A DNA stretch of 64,000 bases, from positions 256,001 to 320,000 of the forward strand of contig CBDCWP010000039.1 of assembly GCA_965223505.1 (NCBI GenBank). The letters run 5' to 3'. Of this stretch, positions 27,840 through 42,112 are shown in pieces (position 1 is the first letter of the stretch; every line of letters begins with the position of its first letter). Both the position numbers and the translations under genes were made by a program. This DNA comes from Planctomycetota bacterium. Its GTDB lineage: Bacteria > Planctomycetota > PLA2 > JAEUHO01. A model generated the notes under the pieces. That model made no database searches. It was not told where the DNA came from and worked only from the letters and a program-made list of their open reading frames with translations.

Positions 27840-28290
27840 ACCGCTGCGTCTCGCGCGCCCCACACAAGTTCTTGACCGCCGGATTGCTCCATCAGTCCCG
27901 CAGAAACGGAGGTCGACAGGACTCCGGATGTGGTGGAGGCCACTGTGGCAAGACGTTGCGGCGAATGGAACAAGGGGGGCTTGCTCGCCGAGCAGGCCGT
28001 GTCAGATGGACTCCTTCGGGAGCGTCCTCCTTGGGAACCTCGGCGGGAGGCTGCCTAGCGCAGTGTGTTCCTCGCGGCCTACCGGCCGCGACCGGTCGTC
28101 TTCCTCGCGGCCTACGGCCGCGGTCCCTCGCTTCGCTCGGCCCTCGGGCTCCGCCCTCGGGAGACCCGCGCTTCGCGCGCGTCCGACCTGGAAGAACGTT
28201 CTCAAGGGGGATGGCCCCCCTTACGGGCTCCGCTTCGCTTTGCCCTATCCCCCCGTGTGGCGCCTTCGGCGCATCCGGGATTCGATCGGT

Positions 28291-28352
28291 CCGATCCCGA
28301 ACCCGAATCCAAACCCGATCCCGAACCCGAACCCGAACCCGAACCCGAACCC
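28291..28352. repeat. (CCCGAA/T)n hexamer tract
   Basis: Direct reading. Confidence 0.9.
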
Positions 28353-28377
28353 AAAAGACCCCGCCCGCGATCCCGCC

Positions 28378-28584
28378 CTACCCGAACAGCCCGATCAACC
28401 ACAGACCCAGGGCCAGCACGAGCACCGAGATGCCCGCCGTCACCGCGCCCTGCTTGACCGCCCTCTCCGTCATCGCGATCAACCCCATCAACAAGAGCGC
28501 CAAGCCCGCCAACGCGAGCACGACGCCCACGACGATGCTGAACACCTCGCCGAACGACAGGGCCAGGACCAGAGCGGCGATCAT
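28378..28584 (-). CDS. small membrane protein
   Basis: 68-aa hydrophobic ORF with ATGA overlap to the upstream gene. Confidence 0.65.
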   Translation of the reverse strand: MIAALVLALSFGEVFSIVVGVVLALAGLALLLMGLIAMTERAVKQGAVTAGISVLVLALGLWLIGLFG

Positions 28585-30183
28585 GCCTCGGCCTTCTCCT
28601 TCTTGAAGAGCCCGACGAACGCCTTGATCTTCTGCCGGAACCACTCGCCGTGCGGTGCGTGTTCCTCTCGCGGCAGCCCTTCGATCTCGTGCAGATAGAA
28701 ACGGAAGCAGCTCTGGATGATGCTCATCGTCGGCACCGCCAGCAGCGCGCCCCAGACGCCGAACGCGTGCTCGCCCGCCAACAGCGCGAACACGATGATC
28801 ACCGGATGCATCTGCGCGTGGGAGCCCATGATCAGCGGGTTCAGCAAGTTCGCCTCCAGCATGTGGATGAAGACGATCCACACCAACGCGAGAATGGCGA
28901 TGTCGATGCCCTTGGTCAGTCCGATGAGCACGATCGGAATCGAAGACACGATCGTCCCGAAGATGGGAATGAGACTCAATACCGCCGCCACCAACGCGAG
29001 CAGCCACGCGCCCGGAATCGAAAGGAGCAGGAGGCCGATGTAGGTCAGCACGCCGTTGACGCCGCAGATGACGAGCTGCCCGCGAATCACGCCCGCGAGC
29101 CCGTCGTCGATGTAGGTCATCAGCTTGTTGTAGGCCGGCTTGTACGTGTCCGGCGGCAGGCTCGAGAAGAACCGCGCGATCCCGCGGCGATCCGTGACGA
29201 TGAACGCGGTCAACATGAGGATCAGGAAGAACTCGTAGATCGAGAGCGCCACCTGCCCCGCGAAGTTCACCGCGCCCTTCGTGAGCTGTGCCGGCAGGTC
29301 CTCGCTCAACGCCTCGGCCTTGAGCGAGACGAATTGACGCACGACCCTGGGCTCGACGTCGAAGTCCGCGTTCTTCAGGTTGCCGACGATGGGGGAGATC
29401 AGCCTGCGTTCGAGGAAGAGCTCGAGACCCTTGGCCGGCTCGCCGAGCTTGACTTCGATCGGATGCGGCGGCTTCGTCTTGCCGTCCGCCATGGTGATGG
29501 CCGCGAGGCCCGCCGGGGCGAGCACGACATTCGGCGGCTTCTCGTCGAGGCTGTCGGTCGTGAACTCGTAGTCCGCGAAGTAGTCGTCCGGCGTGTCGAC
29601 GCGCTCGACGATGGAGTTCGCGTCGTCCTGTCCGGGTTCGATCTTGACCTCGTACAGCGTGCGGTAGCGCCAGGCGCGCGGCACGACGTGCGCGCCGCGA
29701 AGCCGAGCGATCTCCGTGCCCTTCGGGAATCACGATCGGTTGGTCGTGCGCCTCCTTGGGCGCGCCGTCCTCGCCGGTCTCCCCGGGCGGCGTGACCAGG
29801 CGGAACTCCACCCGCGGCGCCTCCTCCTTGGCGGCCGCGGCGATGTTGCCCGACGTCTCCTTGATCATCGTCGCGGCCTTCGTGACGCCGCGCCACGCCA
29901 GCAGCAAGACCCCGCCCAAGACGACGACGTAGACCGCGACGATGGCGGGACCGCGCGTCCACTTCATGCCGAAGATCTTGCTGCGCGTGATGTAGGCGAC
30001 CAGCGGCTCGACCAGATAGGCGATGAAGATCGCCATCAGGAACGGGAACAGCACCGTGCGGAACACGATGATCAAAAGCACGAACGCGCCCAGGAACGAC
30101 AGCAGCGCGACGAGATTGGGGCGCCGCACCTTCCGCGGCGGTTGGTCCCGCTTGCTGCCCTGGTCCGCTTCCGTGCCCGCCAT
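28581..30183 (-). CDS. AI-2E family transporter (frameshift near 29726)
   Basis: PFLMAIFIAYLVEP, IRGQLVI, LIPIFG, MHPVIIVFALLAG, GVWGALLAVP; halves join if one C is removed from ATTCCCGAAG. Confidence 0.85.
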
Positions 30184-30296
30184 GCGAGTACGATACGGAC
30201 CCGCGGGGCCTCGGCACAGAGCGGAAATCTGCGGGGGACGGGCCTCCGCCGGCGTTGAGAGGGATGGGACCGAGCCGTAACGAGGGACTGCGATCG

Positions 30297-31650
30297 ATGC
30301 GCTGCGCGCTTGCCGGTTTGCTGCTCTGCCTGTCGGCGACGCCGGCGGCGCTCGCGGACGACGCCGTCGACGACGTGCCGGCCGACCTGCAGGACGTCCT
30401 CGCCGGGTTCCACGCGCGTGACGTCGCCGCACGCATGGACGCGTACGCGCGGCTCGAGATCGTGCTGGTCGACGATCCCGAGCTCGGGTCGCGGTGTCTT
30501 CCGCGGCTGCGGGACGTGTTGCGCCGTCGCGGGCCGAAGGAGCGCGCGCGCGTCATGCCGCTGCTCGCGTTGGTCGACGATCCGGCCGCCGTCGAGACCT
30601 GGTTGGACCGGCTCGATCCGGAGACCGAGCCGGACGCGCGCGTTCGGCACGCGGCGGTCGATGCCGCGCGACTGCGCGCGGGCGATCAGGCCGTCGCGCG
30701 TGCGTTGATCCGGCTCATTCGAACGCCGACGACCCCCGTCCCGGCGCGGTCGCTCGCCGTCGAGGCGCTGGGGCATCTGCGCGACGCGGCGCCGCTGGTG
30801 CTGCTGGCGAAGGGCGCGCCGAACGATCCGTGGGTCGTGACCGCGTGCCGCGCGCTGGCGCTGGGCCATCGCAAGGACGACGCGTCGATCGAGCCGTTGG
30901 TTGCGCTCATGGTGCACGACGATCTCGGTGTTCGCGTCTGTGCGTGGGAGAGCCTGACACGTCGCACGAGCCAGAACCTCCCGCCGGAGGCGAAACCGTG
31001 GCAAGCGTGGTTCGAGCGGTGGTGCGCGCGCAAGCAGGAGAAGGCGCCGCCCTCGAACCCCGACGAAGAGACACGCTACGCGCCGACGAAGCACGTGCAC
31101 GTTCCGACGTATTACGGCATTCCCATTCCGCGCCCGCGGAGTCATGTCGTGTTCTGCCTGGACGTGAGCCAGAGCATGTACGGCGACGGCATCGGTCACG
31201 CGCGCAAGCACCTGCGGAAAACGCTTCGCGACCTGCCGGGCACGCATCACTTCGAGATCGTGGCGTTCAACGAGAACATCATGCCGTGGTCGAGCCGGCT
31301 CGTGCGCGCGCACCCCCGTCGAGAAGTACCTGGCGATCGAATGGCTCGACGAGCTCGAGACGCTCACCTACACGAACATCTACGACGCGGTCGAGACGGC
31401 GTTCCAGTACATGGGACGCGGGCGCAAGCCGGCCGACGATCCCGTCGTGCTCGACGCCGTCTTCCTGCTTTCGGACGGCGCGCCGAATCGCGGCCGCCAT
31501 CGCACGGACGACCGGGTGGTCAAGCACATCGGGCTGCTCTCGAAGCGCGACGTCCCGGTGCACACGATCGGCGCGGGCGAGAAGGTGTTCGACCTGCTCA
31601 AGCGCATCGCGCGGGAGACCGGCGGCACCTTCGTCGACGCCTTCGAGTGA
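30297..31650 (+). CDS. secreted HEAT + vWA domain protein (frameshift near 31315)
   Basis: DVSQSM MIDAS, then TNIYDA and LLSDGAPN in the shifted frame; extra C in CACCCCCGTC. Confidence 0.8.
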
Positions 31651-31688
31651 TCGCTTTGGATCGCCCGAATTCGCGGTAGCTTGCTCGC

Positions 31689-32796
31689 ATGACTGCCAGC
31701 GCTACCGAGATCCGCTCCCGCCTCAAGGACCTGCGCGCCCGCTTCGAGCGGGTTCGGGGGCGTCTTTGACCTCGCCGGCAAGAAGGAAGAGCTGACCGAG
31801 CTCGAAGCGCAGATGGCGAGGCCCGACTTCTGGAACAACCAGGAGAAGGCGCAGCCGGTCATCGCGCAGGTCAAGATCCTGCGCGCCGTCGTCGAGCCGT
31901 GGGGGGAGTTCCAGCAGAGCCTGGACGACGGCGACGTCATGCTCGAGATGGCGGAAGAAGAGTCCGACGCGGACATGCTGCAGGAGGCGGACACCCAGAC
32001 CCTTTCGCTCGGCGAAGACCTGGAGAAGCTCGAGTTCCAGGCGCTGCTCTCCGGCCCGCTCGACGCGAACGGCGCGTATCTGCAGGTCAACGCCGGCGCC
32101 GGCGGGACCGAGTCCTGCGACTGGGCCGACATGCTGCGGCGCATGTACATCCGCTGGGCCGAGCGCATGGACTTCGAGATCGGCGAGATCGAGCGGCAGA
32201 CGAACGACGAGGCGGGCATCCGCTCCGCGACGCTCGAGATCAAGGGGCCGTACGCCTTCGGGTACCTCAAGTCGGAGACCGGGGTGCACCGGCTCGTGCG
32301 CATCAGCCCGTTCGACGCGCAGAACCGCCGGCAGACGACCTTCGCTTCGGTCGACATCACGCCGCTGGTCGAGGACGAAGGCGAGCTCGAGATCAACGAC
32401 GCCGACATCGAGATCGAGACGTTCAAGGCCGGCGGCGCGGGTGGGCAGCACGTGAACAAGACCGAGTCGGCCGTTCGCATCCGGCACCTGCCGACCGGCG
32501 TCGTCGTCTCGTGTCAGAACGAGCGGAGCCAACATCGCAACCGCAAGGTCGCCCTGAAGATGCTCAAGGCCAAGCTGCTGCGGCTCGAGGACGAGAAGCG
32601 CCAGGCGGACCAGGCCGGTCGCTACGACGAGAAGGGCGACATCGCCTGGGGCAATCAGATCCGCAGCTACGTGATGCATCCGTACCAGCTCGTCAAGGAC
32701 CATCGGACGAGCCACGAGACCGGCAACGTCTCGGCGGTCATGGACGGGGATCTGCTGCCGTTCATGGAGGCCATGCTGCGAGAGGCGATGGCGTAG
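31689..32796 (+). CDS. prfB: peptide chain release factor 2, programmed +1 frameshift
   Basis: CTT TGA C at 31764-31770 after GGGGG; SPF and GGQ motifs. Confidence 0.97.
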
Positions 32797-32831
32797 CAGG
32801 GAAGCGACACCGATGGACGCACGTAGGCGTT

Positions 32832-33105
32832 GGGCAGCCACGAGGGCTGCCCCTACGGGTTGTTCGACCGGCGCGGCGGGGACATCGGGTTCGGGAATCG
32901 GGATCGGGTTCGGGGTCGGGATCGGGTTCGGGAATCGGGATCGGGTTCGGGGTCGGGATCGGGATTGGGATCGGGATGGATGTAGGGGCGACCCTTGTGG
33001 TCGCCCAACCGGGCAGCCACGAGGGCTGTCCCTACGGGTTGTTCGACCGGCGCGGCGGGGACATCGGGTGCATGTTCGGGAACGGACTCGGAATCGGGTT
33101 CGGGT
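32832..33105. repeat. composite of GTAG REPs and (GGGNTC)n tracts
   Basis: REPs at 32832-32856, 32982-33006 and 33011-33035; hexamer tract at about 32885-32976. Confidence 0.9.
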
Positions 33106-33134
33106 ACGACGGCGAACACGCTAAGAACGGGGGC

Positions 33135-34731
33135 ATGCCCGACCTCGTCTCCGTCAAACGCGCTCTTCTCTCCGTCTACGACAAGACCGGGCTCGTCGAG
33201 CTCGGCCAGGCGCTCGCCGGCCGTGGCGTCGAGCTGCTGTCCACCGGCGGCACCGCGCGCGCGTTGCGCGATGCCGGTCTCGACGTCAAAGACGTCTCCG
33301 AAGAGACCGGCTTCCCCGAGATGATGGACGGCCGCGTCAAGACGCTGCATCCGCGCATTCACGGCGCGCTGCTGGGCCTGCGCGACAACGCCGAACACAG
33401 CAGCGCCATGGACGAACACGGCATCCGTCCGATCGATCTCGTCGTCTGCAACCTCTACCCGTTCGAGGCCACCGTTCAGCAAGAAGGCGTTTCCTTCGAA
33501 GACGTCATCGAGCAGATCGACATCGGCGGTCCGTCGATGGTGCGCAGCGCGTCGAAGAACCACCGCAGCGTCGCCATCGTCACCGACCCGGTGCAGTACG
33601 GAGCGCTCTTGAGCGAGCTGGAGGAGCACGACGGCCGAACGAGCGCCGCGCTGCGCACCCGGCTCGCGCGCGCGGCCTTCGCGCGCACCGCCGCGTACGA
33701 CAGCGCGATCGCTCGCTGGCTCGCGCAACAGGCGGGCGAGTCGTTCCCCGCGACGTTCAGCGTCGCGCAGCGTGTCGCCGAGCTTCGCTACGGCGAGAAC
33801 CCGCATCAACAGGCGGCGCTCTACGTCGATCCGATGGCCCCGAGGGGCAGCCTCGCCGCGGCGAAGCTGCTCGGCGGCAAGGCGATCTCGTTCAACAACT
33901 ACGGCGACGTCGAATCGGCCTGGGCGCTCGTGCGCGAGTTCGACGACCCCACCTGCGTGGTCATCAAGCACGCGAATCCGTGCGGCGCGGCGACGGCCGC
34001 GACGCCGCTGGACGCGTACGAGCGCGCGGTCGCCTGCGATCCGCGCAGCGCGTTCGGCGGCATCGTCGCGCTCAACCGTCCGCTGACCGTCGACGTCGCG
34101 AAGGCGATGGCGGTCAAGGAGCGCTTTCTCGAGGTCGTCATCGCACCGGGTGTCGACGACGACGCGCTCGCGGCGTTCACCGCCGAAGGCGCCCCGAAGT
34201 GGGGGAAGAGCCTCCGCGTGCTCGATGCGGGTACGGCGACGACCGCGCCCTACGGCATGGACGTTCGCAGCATCGACGGCGGCTTCCTCGTGCAGACCCG
34301 GGACGCGATCCCCTTCGGCGACGGCTGTCCCAAGGTAGTGACCGAGCGTCCGAACCCACCGAACAGGAGATGGCCGCATGCGCTTCGCCTATCTCGTCTG
34401 CAAGCACACGCGCTCCAACGCCATCGTCTTCGCCAAGAACGGGCAAGCGGTCGGCGTCGGCGCGGGACAGATGAGCCGTGTCGAAGCAACGGAGATCGCG
34501 GCGACGCGCGCGCGGCGCTTCGCCGAGGAGACGGGAACGGATCTCGCCGGCATGGTTGCGGCAAGCGACGCGTTTTATCCGTTCAACGACGGGATCGAAG
34601 CGGCGTTGGAGGCGGGCGCGACGGCGCTCGTTCAGCCCGGCGGATCGCGCAACGACGACAACGCGATCGCGCTCTGCAACGAGCGCGGCGTCGCCATGTG
34701 GTTCGCCGGAAACAGGCACTTCCGGCACTAG
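33135..34731 (+). CDS. purH: bifunctional AICAR formyltransferase/IMP cyclohydrolase (apparent indels at about 34350-34378)
   Basis: ALLSVYDKTG, GRVKTLHP, LRYGENPHQ, KHANPCG, GAGQMSRV, ASDAFYPF, RHFRH. Confidence 0.93.
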
Positions 34732-34925
34732 CGCACATTGGAACTTGGGGCCGCGTAGGCCTGTGCTACCGTTGAGCCCGACGGCCCGCGCTGATCGGGC
34801 CCGGACCACCCTTGGGCAGGCACGAGCAGGTTCTCCGGGCCTCACCACCGCTCGCCGTTCACCGTCCTTGCGCTCCCTCGTTTGGAGCCGGACGGCTGTC
34901 GAACACTCGACGCGAGACGGACATC

Positions 34926-36263
34926 TTGGAACCGACCGACAAACGCCTGGCAGAGTGCCAGCGGATCATCGGCTACCACTTCGCATCCACCGATCTGCTG
35001 CGCGTGGCGCTCACGCACTCGTCGTTGCGCTCGCCGGATCGGGAGTGCAACGAACGCCTCGAGTTCCTCGGCGACTCGGTGCTCGGCTTGGTGATCACCG
35101 AAGAGCTCTATCGATACCTGCCGGACAGCTCCGAAGGCGAGCTGACGCGCATCAAGTCGGCCGTCGTCTCGCGCGGCGCGCTCTTCCGTACGTCCAAGCG
35201 TCTCGGACTCCCGCAATTCGCCGAGTACGCGCGTGGCGTCGGTCGCCGCGACGAGCTGCCGACGTCGGTCGTCGCGAACCTCGTCGAGAGCGTGATCGGC
35301 GCGATCTACCTCGACGCCGGCTACTACCCCGCGCGCGAGTTCGTGCTGCGCCACATCGGCGCCGAGATCGAAGACGTGCTGCACGACCGCGGCGCGAAGA
35401 ACTACAAGAGCCTGCTGCAGCACGAGGTGCAGCAGGGCATCGGCGTCACGCCGCACTACCGCACCATCGAGGAAGAGGGGCCCGACCACTGCAAGGAGTT
35501 CACGGTCGCGGCCGTGATCCAGGGCCGCGAGTGGGGGCGCGCCGCGGGCGCGAACAAGAAGGCCGCCGAGCAAGACGCCGCCAAGAGCGCGCTGGAGAAG
35601 TGGGAACGCCGCGGGCGCGGGCGCCGCCGACGGCGCCGCAAGAAAGCCGCCGCGAACGCGTCGGAGGCCGACGCGCAGGAAACGGCGGTCCAGTCCGAAG
35701 GCCCCCTCGATCGGGCAACCGAGACGCCCGCGGGCGAACCCGCCGCGTCGGACGACGCGTCCGTCGGGCGGAAGCCGAAACGTCGCAAGCGCTCGCGCGC
35801 GCGCACGAAGTCGAACGCGAAGCCGAACGGAAAGCCGAGCGCGAAGCGGAACGCGAAGTCGAGTGCGAAGTCGATCGCGCCCGAGCCCGAGGCGGCCGCC
35901 GACGTCCCGGCGCCCGAGCTCGACTCGGCCGCGCCGGCGCCGGACGAGAAGCCGCGTTCGCCGAAGAAGCGGGCCGCGCGCAAGAAGCAACCGACGAGGG
36001 TCGAGAAGCCCGCCGCCGAGGCCGCGTCCGACACGCCGGCGGCCGCGGCCGAAGTCGAGGCGCGCGCGAAGGCGCCGCCGCCGCCGCCCGCTTCGGACGG
36101 GTTCGCGGCCGGGATCGACGTTCCGAAGCGCAAGCCCGCGCCGAAGGCCAAGCCGCGCAAGGTGAAGCCGTCTCGGAAAGTCCCGGCAAAGGCCAAAGCC
36201 CCCTCTAGCCGGCCCCCGCGTTCCGACGATGATGGGGACGACTTCGGCGCCGGTCTCGAGTAA
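34926..36263 (+). CDS. rnc: ribonuclease III with long low-complexity C-terminal tail
   Basis: NERLEFLGDSVL signature, dsRBD (KKAAEQDAA), then about 220 aa rich in K/R/A/P. Confidence 0.92.
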   Translation: MEPTDKRLAECQRIIGYHFASTDLLRVALTHSSLRSPDRECNERLEFLGDSVLGLVITEELYRYLPDSSEGELTRIKSAVVSRGALFRTSKRLGLPQFAEYARGVGRRDELPTSVVANLVESVIGAIYLDAGYYPAREFVLRHIGAEIEDVLHDRGAKNYKSLLQHEVQQGIGVTPHYRTIEEEGPDHCKEFTVAAVIQGREWGRAAGANKKAAEQDAAKSALEKWERRGRGRRRRRRKKAAANASEADAQETAVQSEGPLDRATETPAGEPAASDDASVGRKPKRRKRSRARTKSNAKPNGKPSAKRNAKSSAKSIAPEPEAAADVPAPELDSAAPAPDEKPRSPKKRAARKKQPTRVEKPAAEAASDTPAAAAEVEARAKAPPPPPASDGFAAGIDVPKRKPAPKAKPRKVKPSRKVPAKAKAPSSRPPRSDDDGDDFGAGLE

Positions 36264-36314
36264 CGAACGGCAAGGAAGCCGCTGTTCGCCGGCGTCCTGG
36301 GGCGCGACTCCCAC

Positions 36315-39596
<3,282 letters not shown>

Positions 39597-39697
39597 GCGG
39601 GAACGGGCCGGAACGCACCGAGTGTCGTTGGTCACATCCGGGTCACCCCTTCGTACGGTCTTTCGTGGTTCCGCACCCCGCCCCGTATCCTGCCTGG

Positions 39698-40891
39698 ATG
39701 CGCGTCTCCCTGACCGTGCTGCTCGTCTCGGCCGTGCTCTGCACCGCCTGCTCCTCGGATCCCGAGACGGGACCCTCGCCCATTCCGCCGCAGGTCGCCT
39801 TGCGCGGTGGCGGCGAACCCAGCGAGCTCGACGACGACCCGCGCGCCGCTGGCGCCGACGGCGAGAGCCTCGACGAGCTGCTCGCCTGGGTCGAGGGCCG
39901 GCCGCTCACCAAGACGACCCTGCTGCGACGCCTGCAGCTGCCGGAAGAGGACGACGGCGACCCGGAACGCCAGCGCGACATCCAGCGCGGCACCCTCATC
40001 TGGGCCAAGGAGCAGATCTTCTTCAAGGCCGCGGAGCGCGCGGGCCTGACGCTGCGGGAAGGCATGCTCGAAGACCACGTGCGTAGCCGCATGGAGGAAC
40101 GACTCGCCGCCGCGTCCGAGGAAGCCGAGCGCGAGGTGACGCAAGAGGAGTACCTGGAGAAGCAGGGCATCACGTGGGCCGAGTTCTCCGAGAAGGAGCG
40201 CGGCCTGCTCATGCAGGGCATCTACCTGGAGAAGCTCCTGCGCGGCATCGGGCCGTTCCGACCCCAGATCGATCTCTACGTCTCACCCGCGGAGGTGCGG
40301 CGCGTCTACGCCGACCACCCCGACGCGTTCGACGAGACCGCGGGGGTGAAGTTCGCGCTGTTCCAGGTGCCGTTCGAGTTCTTCGAGCAGAAGGGCTTCG
40401 AGGGTCTCGACGTGGACGACAAGGCCATCGAGCGCGCCGAGGAGGTGAAGCGCAACATCGAGATGGGCATGACCCCTGAGGCCGTGGCGAAACGGCACGG
40501 CATGGGCAAGCCGGGACGGCTCTGGCAGGTCACGCCCGACTTCGCCGACGACTATCCGGATCCGCAGATGAAGGCGTGGCTGCTCGATCCGGAGCGCAAG
40601 CCGGGCGACGCCAAGGTCGTACCGACGCCGACCGGCCCGTGGATCTTCGGCGTCGTCGAGACGCGGCCCGCGCGCCACCTGCCGTTCGAGGAGGTGCAGG
40701 ACGACATCCGCAAGCACATCCGCCTCGGCAAGTCCGTGCGTCTGGAAGCGCTGACCATGGTCGAGCTGCTCACCAAGGGCGGCAGCACCGTCTGGCCCGA
40801 GGAGCTGGCCGACGCGCTGCTGGCCGACGCGCGCAACACGCTCAAGGAGATCTCGAAGGACGACGTCTGGCGGACGGCGCGGCTGCGGTGA
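39698..40891 (+). CDS. SurA/PrsA-like foldase lipoprotein
   Basis: Lipobox-like CTAC; position after mfd; PFEEVQDDIR parvulin-associated tail. Confidence 0.65.
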   Translation: MRVSLTVLLVSAVLCTACSSDPETGPSPIPPQVALRGGGEPSELDDDPRAAGADGESLDELLAWVEGRPLTKTTLLRRLQLPEEDDGDPERQRDIQRGTLIWAKEQIFFKAAERAGLTLREGMLEDHVRSRMEERLAAASEEAEREVTQEEYLEKQGITWAEFSEKERGLLMQGIYLEKLLRGIGPFRPQIDLYVSPAEVRRVYADHPDAFDETAGVKFALFQVPFEFFEQKGFEGLDVDDKAIERAEEVKRNIEMGMTPEAVAKRHGMGKPGRLWQVTPDFADDYPDPQMKAWLLDPERKPGDAKVVPTPTGPWIFGVVETRPARHLPFEEVQDDIRKHIRLGKSVRLEALTMVELLTKGGSTVWPEELADALLADARNTLKEISKDDVWRTARLR

Positions 40892-41925
40892 AGCGAACGT
40901 CGCCGGCCGCGCTCGGGATCGCCGTCGTGCTCGCGTTGCTCACGGCCGGGGCCGCCGTGCGGGCGCTCGTCGTCGAGATGCCTCCGCGTCTTCCCACCGG
41001 GGTGTACGGCCCGGAGCACGGGCCCGAAGCCCGCACGCTGGTGTTGCGTCTCACCGAGGGGCTGATCGAACGCCAGGTCGACGACGGCGGATTCGAGCTG
41101 CCCGAACGCGACGGGCATCTGACCGACATGGAGCGGCTGAGCACGTCCGCCGTCGTGATCGCCGCGCTCGCTCAGGTGCATGCGCTCGGGGACTGGGCGC
41201 GCTCGCCGCGGCTGGAGGCCGCGCTTCACCGCGGCCTGGCGTATCTCGTGAGCGAGCAGATCGAGACCGGACCCATCGGGCAGCTGCCGCTCGGCGGCGG
41301 AGGCCAGTGGCATCAGGTGGACGCGACCTCGGCCGCCACGCTGGCGTTCGTCCTCGCCGACCGGCCCGAGGACCAGCCGGCGCTCGCCAAGTGCGGCGAG
41401 GCGATGGCGCGCTTCGCCCGGGGCGGCCTGCGCAACGGGTGGACCCGCTCGCTCGCGGCCATGACCGTCGACCGCGTGTTCGCGCTCGGACAGGATTCGA
41501 TCTACCGTCCCAAGGACGGCCGGCTCGTCCGCGGCCGCGATCCGGGCGAACGGCGCGACACGTCGGACTGGCGCGTGGCCGAAGCCATCGTGCGCCTGGT
41601 GCTGCTGGCCGGCCGCGACGTGTCCGCGGTGGATCCCTATCCGGGTGAGATCATCGCGGCCTGCCTGGCGTCCCCGTGCCGGTGGAACGGCCAGAGCTCG
41701 GACCTGCAGTCCTGGTGGATGCGGGCCTGGCTGGTCGCACGGGCGCGCGACAGCGGCGAGTGGTTTCCCGACCTCCTGAAGGCGATCCGAGACGAGGCGC
41801 TCCTGCAGGGGGACCGGGTGCTCAACCGGGTCCCCGGCGGCGACTACGCCGACTCGCTCCTGCAGACGTCCTGCGCCGTGATGGCCCTGGTGGAGGGGCT
41901 CGGGGCTCAACCCGCTGTCAAATAG
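40888..41925 (+). CDS. membrane-anchored alpha/alpha-toroid-like hypothetical protein
   Basis: GTGA overlap; QxDDGGF and GLAYLVSEQ prenyltransferase-repeat-like motifs. Confidence 0.6.
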   Translation: MKRTSPAALGIAVVLALLTAGAAVRALVVEMPPRLPTGVYGPEHGPEARTLVLRLTEGLIERQVDDGGFELPERDGHLTDMERLSTSAVVIAALAQVHALGDWARSPRLEAALHRGLAYLVSEQIETGPIGQLPLGGGGQWHQVDATSAATLAFVLADRPEDQPALAKCGEAMARFARGGLRNGWTRSLAAMTVDRVFALGQDSIYRPKDGRLVRGRDPGERRDTSDWRVAEAIVRLVLLAGRDVSAVDPYPGEIIAACLASPCRWNGQSSDLQSWWMRAWLVARARDSGEWFPDLLKAIRDEALLQGDRVLNRVPGGDYADSLLQTSCAVMALVEGLGAQPAVK

Positions 41926-41994
41926 GCACTTAGATTCCCAATTCGGGTCCGAAACGCCGTTCGGATTGACGTGAACCCGAACTCCGCCGCCCCG

Positions 41995-42023
41995 TTGGAT
42001 CTGTTGTAGGCACGGCCTACAAT
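41995..42023 (+). promoter_or_regulatory. sigma70-type promoter candidate
   Basis: TTGGAT-N17-TACAAT about 90 nt before ATG 42113. Confidence 0.5.
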
Positions 42024-42112
42024 GCGGCCCTGCCGCTTGGAATTCAGCCGCCACGCGCCTGTGGGAAGCCACTTCCCGGGGCGCACTGAGAAGAGACGGG
42101 AGCCAGACCGCA

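Noticed and set aside
27928..28698. PNPNPN / SGSGSG / DPDPDP repeat proteins (also near 32813, 45614, 46039, 62919)
   Set aside because: Translations of intergenic hexamer tracts, not credible genes.
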